From contig NC_045705.1 in the NCBI RefSeq assembly GCF_009834535.1, forward strand, positions 55,490,001 to 55,554,000: a stretch of DNA of 64,000 nt, written 5' to 3'. The notes under the pieces are model-generated. The model made no database searches, was not told where the DNA came from, and saw only the letters and a program-made list of their open reading frames with translations. The number at the start of each line of letters is the position of its first letter. The first letter of the stretch is position 1. Shown here one piece after another: positions 13,432-26,137 of the stretch. The stretch is from Camelus ferus (taxonomy: Eukaryota). A program made the translations under genes and the position numbers.

Positions 13432-14375
13432 TCATTGTGTCTTCTTCAAAGTGAAGAGGAGAACGAATTTGTCCTGGATCTGCTTGGTCTTCACACCATA
13501 AACTACAGGATTTAGAGCAGGAGGGATGGCCACATAGAGGTTGGCAAATAGGATGAGCACGTTTCGAGGCACACTGTGCCCAAAGCGATGCGCAAGGATG
13601 GAGAAGAAGGCAGGAGTGTAAAACATGAGGATCACACAGATGTGGGAGCCACAGGTGCCGAGAGCCTTTTGGCGGGCACCCAGGGATAAGAGTTGAAAGA
13701 CAGCATGAAGGATGAAGACATAAGAGACAGCAATAAAGATCACATCTGAGATGACAGTCATGAGAGGCACAGAAAATCCATACCAGATGTTGATGGAGAT
13801 GTCGGCAGAGGAAAGCCGAGCGACACCTATGTGCTCACAGTATGTGTGTGGGATGATACGTGTCCCGCAGAAGGGCAGCTGTTTCAGCAGAAAAACATCT
13901 GGCAGGATGACAGAGAAGCTCCTCACAACGACGCTCACCACGAGCTTGATAATCACCTGAGGAGTCAGGATTGTGGTGTATCTCAAGGGGAAGCAGATGG
14001 CCACATAGCGGTCCAATGCCATGGCCAGCAGGATGGCTGAATCCACTACAAAGCTGAAGTGGAGGAAGAACATCTGGGTGAGACAACCAGTGAAGGTTAT
14101 TTCCTGGGAGCCAAGCCAGAGGTTACTGAGCAGTTTGGGGACTGTGGCAATAGACAAGATGAGGTCCGTGGTGGCCAGCATAGAGAGGAAGGAAAAACAT
14201 GGGCTCGTGGAGGCTGTCCTCAACTGCAAGTGAGGTAGAGGAGGGTGCCATTGCCCGTGATAGCCAGAACGTAGATGACACAAAAGGGAATCCCAATCCA
14301 GATGTGGAACTTCTCCAGGCCAGGTATTCCAACAAGGATAAAGGAACCAGGGTTGTAACAGCTCAAGTTATACAT
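13432..14375 (-). pseudogene. OR52H-like olfactory receptor disrupted by two +1 insertions
   Basis: Begins MYNLSCYNPGSFILVGIPGLEKFHIWIGIPF at 14375. Frame jumps near 14229 (LYL/AVEDSLHEPMFF) and near 14191 (/FLSMLATTDL), then is open to the stop at 13432. The ECL2 Cys is also lost (ARLSSAD). Confidence 0.88.
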
Positions 14376-16322
14376 GGTCTTTTCAGTCTGGGATCCACTG
14401 GATTCTGAGCCCTGAGAACAAATCAGTATCAGAATGGGCTGTGAAAGACAACAATCCCGCTCTGGTGCTGAACTCGTTGAGGACTGCAAGGGTCACATTC
14501 AGGGTGCCTGCATGAGAAGGAGAAGCACCTGCTGTCCCCAGGATGAGTTGGCACCCATAGGTCTAAAGTTGTTGCCCCTTTAGTTTGCCAGTGGCCCCAT
14601 ATCATTTCTTTATACATTTATTAATAAACCATATGAGATGGTTATTTTTATAGGTCACAAATTTCATGTGATTAAACATAAATAACTGGCCCTTTCTCAA
14701 TACAGAATATTCAGGATAGGTCCAGGTTCAAAAGGAAAAAAAAATGTATGCATGAGGAGGAGGGAGGAGTGTGTGAGGGAAGAAAGGGAGGAGAAGAGAG
14801 AGAGAAGAAAGAACATTAAAACTGTTAAATGGGATGAAGAAAGGGGAGTAATTGATTTGTACACAGTAAATATTGTCTCAGACAATGGGTTTGATAAAAT
14901 AAACTGAAGAGTTTCAATAAAGTAGCAGATAAAGAAAGGGAAAGGAAAAAGAAAGAACAGATTCCAGGGCTGTAGGTGGTATGGGAGCTTTTGTTACACA
15001 GAGATTGAAATACGGTACAAATTAAGATGTGTGCTTACTGGGCTGTGAATATATGAGAAAGCATCTACCAGTAAATGCAAAGGATAAGCGAGCAACATTC
15101 CCCTGACTCAGGCAGAGGGCAGTGAGCTCAGAGGATGACCTCAGGGACAATGCCAAAGCTTTGGAAGACCTGTTTCCTAACATAAATTGGGAAGACAGCT
15201 CTACCCATCAGTGAGCCTAGAAATGCCTCTATAATAGATATCAGCCAGTGTGATTTAGCCTAGGCAAAGTCAAGCAGAGCAGATTTTCACCTCCTAGAGA
15301 TGGAAGGAAGAATAATAAAGTTTTGCCCCCATGTTTTTATTTCTGATCTGCCCATGTTGGACTCCATCTTTGGGAATTTTCAGTTTTGCACTAAATAGAG
15401 CCTGCCTTTGGAGGTGACTTTTGCACTGGAAATAGCCTTTGAGTTTTACCTCTGTCATGTGATCTATTTTATGAAGTACTTTTGACCTTATACTGGAGAA
15501 TCCCAGAATAACCTGACCCATCTTTAGACCAGTTTTGAAGAGGCTTAGTTCTTATCCTCCCCTCAAAATTTACAGAGTCATTCAAAAACTTTAGGGGAAG
15601 GAAGTAGATTTTGTGGACAGGTTATAAGAGCTCTATATTATTGCATCTGGTGGGTATCTGTGGTTTTGTGCACAAGGAGGGAAGAGTGGATTGAGCCATG
15701 TAGGATTTTGTGACATCTCTACCAGAACCCCAGTCAAATTTTACATAGTGAACTTCTTTCTCTCAGGGGATGGTTTTGTCATTGCCAGCGTCCTTAATTA
15801 ACCAAAGTGAACAAAGCATCTACCAAGGAGGTATGTAACTAGTTCCCACTGTCCAAAGGTAGCTCCCTGCCCCTTAAGAATGTATGTTCTAAGTGGCATC
15901 TCCAGATCTGTTGCAGATGGAACTCTTCCAGGCACTGAGCTTATTAGAATAAAGAAAGCAACAGTCTTCGCAAAAACCTCCCTTAAAAGGTTAGCTGCAT
16001 CATCTTTTGTGGCATGAAGACCAGGTAGACTGAGAAAGCTCTAAAATGTCTCTGTAATTTAGGCAAGTCAGTTCTTTGGCGCATAGACTCACTGCCTCCT
16101 GACAAGAAATGCATTTCCTCGGGGTCACTGGGGTAAAAACATAAAAGGAGAAAAATAAAACCTCTAATCATTAAAACTACAAAGGGGGATCAAAAAGAAA
16201 CATCCAAATCAAGGTCTCCTGCTCTAGTCAAAACCTATTCAGACCTCAGTCTTTTACCCAAAAAGCTCTTCTTTCCTAATGAAGTCCCCACTGTGACCTG
16301 TCACAGTAGCTGGTCTGCACTG

Positions 16323-16394
16323 AAGCATTGTGCTGTACACCAGAAACTGACACAAGATTGTAAACTGACTACACGTCAAAATAAATAAATAAAA

Positions 16395-16441
<47 letters not shown>
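16323..16441 (+). mobile_element. Very short 5'-truncated L1 3' end with (TAAA)n tail
   Basis: gctgtacaccagaaactgacacaagattgtaaactgactac matches the L1 termini at 22850 and 63440. Confidence 0.75.
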
Positions 16442-17377
16442 GAAATCAATAGTTTCCTTTCCTTTCAGGGTCCAATTACCATGGAGTCATTGGTGTGAGA
16501 CTGTCTTCCCCCCAAAGTCACATCCTCCAGGGCACAGCCCCAATTTGGACACTAAAGAAACCTGAGGCTACATTATTTGATTAAAATCGCAGGGTCAGTG
16601 GATTTTTGGATATTTCTTCTCCCTGATTAACTATAGTTTTCAACTCACCGAACTCTGCCTTCTGTCTCTTGCTTCACAGGAGTAGTAGGAGGTAGCAATA
16701 TGAAGGAAGAAAGTAAAATTTTAGGCTGGAAGAGATTCCAGAAGAGAGGAAAGAAAACATTTATGCATTTCCTTACATTCCCAAAAGATAGACCTCAGGC
16801 TACGTGGACCTGTCCATTTCCTGTTCCCAGACAAGGAACTGAATCAACCATTTTAACTCTTCCCTTGAGATGGAATGTAGCTTGGTGGGTTTAGTGTGCT
16901 TTTTATTGGATCCCTAGGAGATTCAGCCTAGACAATTCAGACCCAGTCTGATGAGACAGAATTCTCAGTGGCCTTGTACATGTGGTTTTCTTTAATTAGT
17001 CTGTTTGTATAATCTCACTAATACTGTACATTTTCAATTAAAGTTTTCTAGTCTTGATATTGGAAGGTAAGTGCTCCAACTTTTTCTTCTAAAGAATTTT
17101 AGCCATTCTCAGTACTTTGCATTGCCATAAAAGTTTTATAAGCAGCTTCACAACTTACAAACACACACATACACACATTTAGAGTTTTAATTTTGATTGC
17201 ATGGAATCTATATATCAATATGTGAATACTTTGTATGTTTGTAATACTGTATACATTTGTATTATAAAAATAGAAACATGATATATGACTCCATTAATGT
17301 AATCTTTAAATTTCCTCAAAAATGGGTTAAGATGTAGATATGTTCTTAAAAAATACCAATACCCTTTTTTGTTGAAT

Positions 17378-17865
17378 GTAGAATATTTGTTTTCTATAAC
17401 TGCTATATCAAATTATCACAGACTTCATGCCTTAAAACAACATAAATTTATTATCTTACAGTTTTGCAGTTCAGAATTCCAGCATGTCTCACTGAGCTAA
17501 AATCAAGGTGTTGAGAAAGCAGTGTTCCTTTCTGGAAGTTCTAGAAAGTAATCTGTTCCCCTGCCTTTCCCAGCTTCTAGGAGCCCCCTTTCTCCATCTT
17601 CAAAGCCAGCAATGTTACTTCTACCCCTCTTCCATACTCACATTTCCCTCTGATTCTCCTCTTCTGTCTTCTTCCCTTCTAAGAAGCTCTGTGATTACAT
17701 TTGGGTCACTTGGATAATCGAAGAAACTCTCCCTATTTTTAGCTCTACTGAATGATTTCATGATATTCATCTGAAACTCAATTCCCCTTTGCTATGTCAC
17801 CTAACGTTATCACAAGGGTTTAGGATGAGGGCATCATTTAGGTGGCCATTATTCTGCCTACCACA
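17378..17865 (-). mobile_element. MLT1-type (MaLR) LTR
   Basis: ccttaaaacaacataaatttattatcttacagtt...attctgcctaccaca, typical antisense MLT1 ends. Confidence 0.7.
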
Positions 17866-18369
17866 CCAGGTTTCAGTTTGCAAATTAAGTTAATCAATCT
17901 CTCTAATCTTGATTAATTTTAATTTGCTAGGTATGTTAATAATAATAGATATATTTAATGCCTCATTTGACTGTTAATCTCTTCTTGCTTCTTAGTTAAT
18001 ATTTTACATATTGAAACTATTTTTACATTCACATAAGTTGCCTATTTTCACATATCCTCATGGTTTGCAGCATCATTCTGAGTGGGAGACACCCTCTAAC
18101 TTTTCCTTTGTTACTTCCTTCTTGAGCTCATCCTCCCAGTTACCCCATCCTCTTCTCCTAGGCACTCTGTCCTGAACCAGAGTTTAATGCGGTAGTTTCT
18201 GATCCTGATCCGGTGATGATTTTATGAATATCATAGATCTAGTTTCTTAGTCAGAAGGAAGATAAGTTTGATTCCTGAGAGCAGAATTGCCCATACTCTC
18301 TTACTTTTCTAAGCAAACCACTTTCTAAAAACTTTAAGTCTGGAAAGTAGTTTGATACCAGGTTTGGGG

Positions 18370-18372
<3 letters not shown>

Positions 18373-18417
<45 letters not shown>
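18373..18417. repeat. (TG)n microsatellite
   Basis: Direct inspection; others at ~31146-31207 (CA), 34400-34449, 35393-35436 and their unit B counterparts. Confidence 0.95.
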
Positions 18418-18418
<1 letters not shown>

Positions 18419-19499
18419 TGTATGTAGATACATTTACATTTCGATGTGCTTAGTCTACATTTTATTAAGGAACCCCATCTCTCATTCTTGGTTTCAAGTA
18501 GTAACCTCAGTTTAGGTTTTCTACATAAAAGAATTTTTACAAACTTGCAGAAGCTACCACTTTCTTTTTCTAGATCTGGAACCCAGACTATCTATGGGTC
18601 TGTGTTCCTTCTGGCTCATAATCCTTGTTTTATACTTTCTTTTCTGATCTGCAGGATGTAGGAGTGCACCTGTAGGGTCTCAGAGGTGAAGCAACACTCA
18701 GGAGAAAAATAATACCATACTTTCCACCTCAGGGAGACTAGATGAGAGTCTAGTTGGGAGAGTGCATCACTCAAGGAAGCATGGGAAGGGTAGGGGCTGA
18801 AGACAATGAGAGTAAAAAAGAGTTGGGATTGGACAACTTGGAGAGATTAGGGGTAAAAATCAACAGGTTGTCCATTTTCTTAAATCCTAAAAGCTGAGAT
18901 GTCTGGGCAGAAGTGGCAGGACCTTCCCATCCACCTCTAGGCCCATGGAGGGGAAGAAGGAGCAGTTCTTGGAGAAGTCACAGGGGCTGCCCCTCAAAAT
19001 TTGGACGTAAGTTTTCTCAGGTGAAGGGAGGGATTGAAGAGTCAAGTGGGGCAGTGCAGGGCAGACCTGTCTGAGCTGAGCTCAGACTTCCCCTTGGCCT
19101 TCCGGGCAGTCCCAGGGGGACGTGGCTGTGCTGCTGCTGCTGCTGTCCATGTTCTCTTAGCCTAGAAGCAGCCGCCACGAGGGCAGCGAATGCCTTCTGA
19201 AAGAGGAGGTTTGCAGAAAGGTCCCTACACTGTGCCGTTCTCATTTACTGACTTCGGCAAGTTAATCTACCTCCAGAGGGGATCTAATTAAGACTTTACA
19301 CAATCTTCATAAGGCTGCTGGGCAAATGCAGCCTAAAGGACTCTACATTCTTTTTTTTTCCCGTGAAGTTTCAACAACTGGATGCACTGCAGGGTGTTAT
19401 CAGGGCCAGAGACCCAAATAGTCACTCAGCTCACAGAAGCCCACTGGCCATTCCCATTGGCAGAGGGCCCTATGAAAAGGCTGGGGAAGAGCTTCTCTA

Positions 19500-20005
19500 G
19501 CTTTCTCCAAACCCCTCTGAGGTAAACAGACCCCCAGTGATTCCCGCGTCCTGATGTTCATGATGTTGTGCAATTCCTTCCCCTTGCGAGTGAGCAGAAT
19601 TTGTGAATTCCTTGTAACCAACGGAATGTGGCAAAGGTAATGGAATGTCAACAGTATAGTTATGTTACAGTATTTGAGACTGTCTTCCTAGAGTAGTTGT
19701 CTTTTCCTGCTACCCTGGAAGAAGTAACAGTCATATTGTAAGCTTCCTATGGAAAGACACACATAGCAAAGAACTTTGGACAGTCTGTAGCAGCTGAGGG
19801 TCTTGGTCCTATAAATGCAAGAAACTGAGTTCTGTCAACAAGCTAAGTTAGCTTGGACCCAGATCATTCCCTACTCTAATGTGCATCCTAGCTGGGGCCT
19901 CGTGTATATTCCAGTGAGAACCTAAAGAAGAGAACCTAGCCAAGCTGTGCTCAGATTCCTGAGCCAAAGAAACTGTGACATAATAAATGAATGTTCTTTT
20001 AAGCT
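19500..20005 (+). mobile_element. MLT1-type (MaLR) LTR, 3' end interrupted by L1
   Basis: cccccagtgattccc...agaaactgtgacataataaatgaatgttcttttaagct. Confidence 0.65.
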
Positions 20006-21296
20006 TGAATTACTGGATCCCATCAATGAATTCAGTAAAGTTGCAGGATACAAAATTAACACACAGAAATCTGTTGCATTTCTATACAGTAACAATAAAC
20101 TATCAGAAAGATAAATTAAGAAAATAATCCATTTACCATCACATCAAAAAGAATAAATACCTAAGAATAAATCTAACTAAGGATGTAAAAGACTTGGCAA
20201 AAGATAAGACAGTGATGAAAGAAACTGAAGACAACACACACAGATGGAAAGATATATCATGTTCATGAACTGGAAGAATTTATACTCTTAAAACGATCAA
20301 ACTACTCAAGGCAATCTGTATATTCAAAATAACCCCCATCAAATTACAAATGGCATTTTCCCCACAGAATTAGAGCAAATAAATTGTGTATGGAAACAGA
20401 ACAGACTGCTATAGCCAAAGCTACCTTGAAAAAGAATANNNNNNNNNNNNNNNNNNNNNNNNNNNNNNNNNNNNNNNNNNNNNNNNNNNNNNNNNNNNNN
20501 NNNNNNNNNNNNNNNNNNNNNNNNNNNNNNNNNNNNNNNNNNNNNNNNNNNNNNNNNNNNNNNNNNNNNNNCTTACAGTCAGTTAATCTATGACAAAGCA
20601 GGCAAGGATATACAATGGAGAAAAGACAATCTTATCAACAAGTGGTGCTGGAGAAACTGTTCAGTTTACATGTAAAAGAGCAAAATTAGAACATTTTCCC
20701 ACATCATATACAAAATAAACTCAAAAGGGATTAAAGGTGTGAGTATAAGCCCCGAAACCATAAAATTCCTAGAAGAGATCATAGGCAGAACACTTTTTGA
20801 CATAAATCTTAACAATATTGTTTTGGATCTGTCTCCTAAGGCAAAGAAAACAAAGGCAAAAATAAACAAGTGGGACCTAACTAAACTTAAAACCTTTTGT
20901 CGCAAAGGAAATCATCAACAAAAGGAAAAGACATCCTAGTGAATGGGAGAAGATATTTGTAAATGACGTCTGATAAGAGGTTAGTATCCAAAATATATAA
21001 AGAACTCATACAATCAATATAAAAAAACCCAAAAACTTGATTTAAAAATGGGCAAAAAACCTCAATGGACATTTTCAAANNNNNNNNNNNNNNNNNNNNN
21101 NNNNNNNNNNNNNNNNNNNNNNNNNNNNNNNNNNNNNNNNNNNNNNNNNNNNNNNNNNNNNNNNNNNNNNNNNNNNNNNNNNNNNNNNNNNNNNNNNNNN
21201 NNNNNNNCCACAAGTAACATATGGTGGTGAGGATGTAGAGAAAAGGTACACAGTCAGTGAGAATATCCAAAGAAAACAAAACAGTAATTCAAAAAG
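20005..21296 (+). mobile_element. Older L1 ORF2 fragment (resumes at 22888-22970)
   Basis: ORF2 RT/C-terminal-like sequence (PETIKFLEEIIGRTLFDINL..KAKINKWDLTKLK). Confidence 0.8.
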
Positions 21297-22887
21297 GTGC
21301 AAAAGCTTATGAGTTTAATTAGGTCCTATTTGTTTATTTTTCCTTGTATTTCTATTGCCTGGGTAGATGGCCCTAGGAGAACATTGCTCAGATTTATGTC
21401 AGAAAATGTTTTGCCTATGTTATTTTCTAGGAGGTTTATTGTGTCTTATCAGCCAGTTTGAGATTATTTTTGTGTATGGTGTGAGGGAGTGCTCTAACTT
21501 CATTGATTTACATGCAGGTGTCCAGTTTTCCCAACACCACTTGCTGAAGAGACTTTTTTCTCCATTGTATATTCTTGCCTCCTTTGTTGAAGATTAATTC
21601 ACCATAGTCTGTGGGTTAATTTCTGGGTTCTCTGTTCTGTTCCATGGATCCGTATGTCTGTTTTTATGCCAATAACATGCTGTTTTGATTACTGTACCTC
21701 TGTAGTGTTGTCTGAACTCTCGGAGGATTGTTTCTACAGCTTCATTCTTTTTCTTCAGTATTGCTTTGACAATTCTGAGTCTTTTGTGATTCTATATAAA
21801 TTTTAGGATTATTTGTTCTAGTTCTGTGAAAAATGTCCTGGATAATTTGATAGGGATCACATTAAATCTGTAGACTGCCTTGGGCAGTATGGCCATTTTA
21901 ACAATATTGATTCTTCTAATCCAAGATCATGGGGTATCCTTCCATTTTTTAAAAGTCATCATTAATTTCCTTAATCAATGTTTTGGAGTTCTCCATGCAT
22001 CACTAATTATCAGAGAAATGCAAATCAAAACTACAACGAAGTATCACCTCACACCAGTCAGAATGGCCATCAATAAAATANNNNNNNNNNNNNNNNNNNN
22101 NNNNNNNNNNNNNNNNNNNNNNNNNNNNNNNNNNNNNNNNNNNNNNNNNNNNNNNNNNNNNNNNNNNNNNNNNNNNNNNNNNNNNNNNNNNNNNNNNNNN
22201 NNNNNNNNNNNNNNATATGATCCAACATTCCCACTCCTGGGCATATATCTAGAGGGAACATGCACCCCAATGTTCATAACAGCACTGTATACAATAGCCA
22301 AGACATGGGAGCAACCTAAATGTCCATTGACAGATGATTGGATAAAGAAGTTGTGATACAGTTATATAATGGAATACTACTCAGTGATAAAAAATAATAA
22401 AATAATGCCATTTGCAGCAACATGGATGGACATGGATATCGTTATTTTAAGTGAAGTAAGCCAGAAAGAGAAAGAAAAATATCATATGATATTACTCATG
22501 TGGAATTTAAAAAAAAAAGAAAGAAAGAAAGAAAAAAAAAGAGGTCACTAATGAACTCATCTGCAAAACAGAAACAGACTTGCAGACATAGTAAAGAATT
22601 ATGGTTGCCAGGGGAAAGGGGGTGGGAAGGGATAAATTTTGGAGTTTGAGATTTGCAAATGTTAATCACTATATATAAAAATAGATAAAAATACAAATTT
22701 CTTCTGTATAGCACAGAGAATTACATTCAATATCTTTAACTTTTATTACATTCAATAACCTTTAATGAGAAAGAATATGGAAACAAATATATGTGGGTGT
22801 GTGTGTGTGGGTGTGTGTGTATATATATATATACTTGACTGGGACATTATGCTGTACACCAGAAACTGATGCATTGTAACTGACTAT
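21297..22887. mobile_element. Young 5'-inverted (twin-primed) L1 nested in the older L1
   Basis: Antisense ORF2 segment 21297-21994 joined to the sense 3' segment 21995-22887, ending in the cattgtaactgactat terminus. Confidence 0.75.
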
Positions 22888-22969
22888 CAACCCAATATTC
22901 ATAGCATCATTATTTACAATAGCCAAGGTATGGAAGGAACCTAAGTCACTGACAGATGAATGGATAAAT

Positions 22970-23985
22970 CATACTATAGTTGTATTTCTCAGTTTGACTT
23001 ATTTCACTAAACATAATGCACTTTAAATCCATATGTGTTGTTGCAAATGGCAGAATTTCATTCTTTTTAAATAACTGAGTAATATTACATTGTGTATAAT
23101 TATCACAATTTATTTATTCACTCACCTGTATAGATACCTAGTTTGCATCCATACCTTGGCTATTTTAAATAATGCTTCTGTGAACGTTGTGGTGCATGTA
23201 TCTTTTTTAGTGTTTTCTTTTTTTTTTTTTTTTTCAGTTATGTACCCAGGAATGGAATTGCTGGATCATATGGTATTTCTACTTTTAGTTTTTTAAAGGA
23301 AACTCCATACAGTTTCCATTGTGGCTGCACCAATTTAATAGCCCACCAACACTGTACTTGCATTCTCATTTCTCCACATACTCACAAATAGTTGTTATTT
23401 GCTGTCCTTTTGATAACCATTGTAATCGGTGTGAGGTGATAGCTCATTGTGGCTTTGACTTGCATGTCGCTGACGATTAGCAATGTTGAGCACTTTTTCA
23501 TGAGCCCTTTGGACATCTGTGTACCTTCTTTGGAAAAATGTCTATTGAATCTTCTGTCCTTTTTTTATTTGGATTCTTTGTTTTATTGATAATGAGATGT
23601 ATGAGCTGTTTTTAAATTTTGATATAAACACTATTGGTCATATCATTAGCAAATGTTTTCTCCCATTCAGTAGTTTGGTTTCTCAGTTTGTTGATAGTTT
23701 TCTTTGTAGGGCAAGTGCTTTTAAGTTTAATTAGGTCCCATTTGTTTAGTTTTGTTTTTCTTTCTTTTGCCTTAGGAGACAGATCCAAAAATCTATTGCC
23801 ATGAGTTATATCAAGAAGTGTCCTAACTATGCTCTCTTTTAGGAATTTTACTGTTTCAGGACTTACATTTAGGTCTTGAATTTCTTTTGAGTTTACTTTT
23901 CTACATGGTGTGAGGAAATGTTCAGTTGTCATTCTCTTGCATGTAGCTGTCCAGTTATCCCAGCACCAAGTATTGAAGAGATTCC
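22970..23985 (-). mobile_element. L1 3' region
   Basis: WDNWTATCKR, KETINKL..EWEKTFAND; shares its junction with unique DNA (gtattgaagagattccagg) with the 42090-43355 element. Confidence 0.8.
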
Positions 23986-25447
23986 AGGACACCTTTGGCA
24001 TTTTACTGAGGAGAGGATCTGGAACTGGGAGCAACTTAGAGATACCTTATTCTTTTCAGCGGATGGCTTCATTTCTGGGGCCAAGATTCTCTGTTATAAA
24101 GTGAATGCCCCTGGATGTGCAGATGTTTCTCTGTTGTATACGGAAACTCAGGGCTTTCAATTCTTATATCTGGTTGTTTCATTCTTAACTGGAGGATTGG
24201 GCATTCTAGTAAATGAAAAGCCATCATTGTCCCTGGAGAGTCATTTGTCAATAATCAAGGGTACAGATTTTGCTAATGAGTCAGAACGTCAGTCATCGTA
24301 GCAATGGGGTGACAGGAAGGCAGAGGTCAAAGGGAAAATTTAGACGATCAACTCCCTTCAGTTTCTATGGATGAATGGTCAGATATGGATGTGTACATAC
24401 ACACACAGACACAGAAACTGGAAAAATTGTCCTCGCAAACCCTCATAACCTCAAAGGTCATCCAAAGATGAGGAAGCTGAGAATTCTTGGGAAAAAGCAG
24501 GAATGAGAGTAGATTCTACTTGAACAAACAATTCACTTTTTTCTTTTTCTTTTTTTTGAATTCTAATTTGGTTGGAGAAAATGTTGGAGAAAAAATTCCA
24601 AAAGACAGAGGGATCCCACAAAGCTCTAGATGAACATATATTGCAGAAATAATTCCTCTCTTAACTCACTGAGGGAAGATAACAGGTTTTTCCTCTTCTC
24701 TTCCTTCCTAAGAACTTTTATGTCATTGCAAAAGTTAGTGTGACTAGGGCACACAAAACAGTTACCTACATCAGTTAACATATCCCACAATTACACTTCT
24801 GACTATTAATGTATCACTGTGAATAATAGCTTATTAGCTGGGCAAATAGAGCCCAGACTAAAATTCAGTTTCAATAAAATTGATTATAAGCAGACCATTT
24901 TCTAAAATGTAAGATAAGGCAAATTGCAGAAAAGTTTGAAATAAAAAAAATAGTAATTCATTGATCAATTTATTCAGTTCTTAAAACATAGCAACGGTAA
25001 TAATGTTGAATACAAACTAGCATATATTCTAAAAATGATTTATCTTGGTCATAGGAAGAAGGAGACAAAAAATAAATACATATCATATTGGACCACCACT
25101 TATATCCTAGAAATTACAGACGCTATTGCAAACAGTGTATTGTTTAATATTCACAATATTGATCAGGTAATTTTTTTACAAATGAGAAACAATTCCATAG
25201 AATTTAGTTTACTTGTAAAGAACCAGTGTGTAGCAACACCAGAATTATAATAAAATTCTACTTGTGGTCACACACACACAGTTTTCCATGGCAGGGAGAG
25301 CTGGAGTAGTCTTGTCAGCAGCACAGAGGCATCTAGAATCTGCAAAATGAGACGACAGTAAAAACAACCCTTGTGCCCCTGAAGGCACAAACCTGTTAAT
25401 GAGACACTGACACGGGTTATATTTCTCAGTAATGAACAAATCTAATA

Positions 25448-25453
25448 TTTATT
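25448..25453 (-). terminator. Candidate AATAAA polyadenylation signal for TRIM5-A (counterpart 43959-43964 in B)
   Basis: AATAAA ~690 nt after the stop, conserved in both units. Confidence 0.4.
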
Positions 25454-26137
25454 GTTAAGTTGAGAAGAATAGATGCTTTATACTTAATAACATTTATCTA
25501 CTCACAATGATCTTATATATGGTGCAGTTTTCATACCAAGATCATTTTAAGAAAATAAACAGAGTGTTCTAGTATGTTTTTCAAGGTTTCACTGCTCATA
25601 TGTGGAGAGACAGGGCTTGAAGTCACATACTCTGGATACAAAATTCCCACTCTTAGTACATGTTATTTGTGATATTTTCTCCTTAATTCCTTGGGGAGTA
25701 AGGGACAATATAGGTAAACTGAGACACCACTCAGGATCACACTTTAGGAAATGACAAGTAAATACAAAGGCTTTGATAATATATGAAATTTTTAAGAAGC
25801 ATCCCTTCCTCTTCTTGGTCAGTGCCAAAGGAAATGAGGCTGTAAAAATTTGCAGAGGTGTTCCATCAGGACTGCTCCTTTGTACGGCATTAATCACTTT
25901 TTCTTGGGGTGTAGAAAATGATGAATTAAGATTTTCTCCTAATCTAGACATGATATTAGACAAAAAAATAAAACACAGGGCCAGTTGAATAGCCTAACTG
26001 ATGAATGAAAAACATTCAAATGGAAAAAAAAAGATAGAACAAAGGAAAATGGAGGGATGGTGCAGATGAGCTCAGGCGGGTTAAATGCACCCATAAGAAG
26101 AGGCAGGAGAAAGAAGTGGGTGTGAGTGTAAGAAGGT

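Noticed and set aside
20439-20571. Six N runs of 128-168 nt (20439, 21080, 22081, 42339, 49635, 62901)
   Set aside because: All lie in L1 or microsatellite sequence and roughly match the expected missing length; masking or assembly artefacts
23918-24301. Plus-strand ORF of more than 120 aa, also open in unit B (43292-43747)
   Set aside because: Starts in an antisense L1, has no recognisable domain, and A/B differences are mostly amino-acid changing with different stops
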